From: Octopus sinensis | Lineage: Eukaryota | DNA: 64,000 nt | Assembly (NCBI RefSeq): GCF_006345805.1 | Contig: NC_043001.1 | Coordinates: 108,438,001-108,502,000 of the forward strand | Reading direction: 5' to 3' | Shown: piece after piece, positions 63,820-64,000 of the stretch | Layout: every line of letters starts with the position of its first letter | Numbering within the stretch: the first letter of the stretch is position 1 | Program-made: the position numbers and the translations under genes | Notes under the pieces: model-generated | The model's input: only the letters and a program-made list of their open reading frames with translations | Databases searched by the model: none | Told to the model about the DNA's origin: nothing

Positions 63820-64000
63820 GATCATCCCATTCTCCTCCTTCTCCTTCTCCTTCTCCTTCTTCTTCTTTTCCTTCTCCTTCTTCTTCACTTCTTCTTCTCC
63901 TTCTCCTTCTTCTTCTCCTTCTCCTTCTTCTTCTTCTCCTTCTCCTTCTTCTGCTTCTTCTCTTCTTCTTCTCCTCCTCCTCTTCCGCCTCCTCCTTCTT
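63820..64000. repeat. (CTT)n/(CTC)n microsatellite
   Basis: Direct inspection. Confidence 0.95.

Overview
This is eukaryotic, AT-rich, repeat-dense DNA, not prokaryotic. The mix of tRNA-derived SINEs, RTE/CR1 LINE tails, Penelope-like ends and very abundant (TA)n/(CA)n/(GAT)n/(GATA)n microsatellites fits a coleoid cephalopod (Octopus) genome; this is my recognition of the repeat landscape, not a database hit. Almost all ORFs in the supplied track are artefacts of microsatellites or SINEs. Host-gene signal is sparse and mostly on the minus strand: a CpG-retaining promoter and non-coding first exon near 49.85-50.1 kb, a well-supported first coding exon at 39105-39327 (product not recognisable), and a probable last exon of an upstream gene near 62.4-62.5 kb. 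The rest is intron or intergenic DNA filled with at least five SINE-like families, LINE fragments, Tc1/mariner, MULE, piggyBac-like and Helitron-like relics, often nested. The most notable observations are: (i) four minimal type-I hammerhead-ribozyme motifs with different sequences but the same fold, at Penelope-like ends, one with an intact GUC site; (ii) a TSD-flanked 671-bp retro-insertion carrying an open ~156-codon frame of unknown identity; (iii) a SINE dimer that retrotransposes as one unit with interchangeable tails; (iv) several long hairpins that are candidate ADAR substrates. No CRISPR array, rRNA or true tRNA gene was found. Repeat boundaries were read by eye and may be off by some bases.
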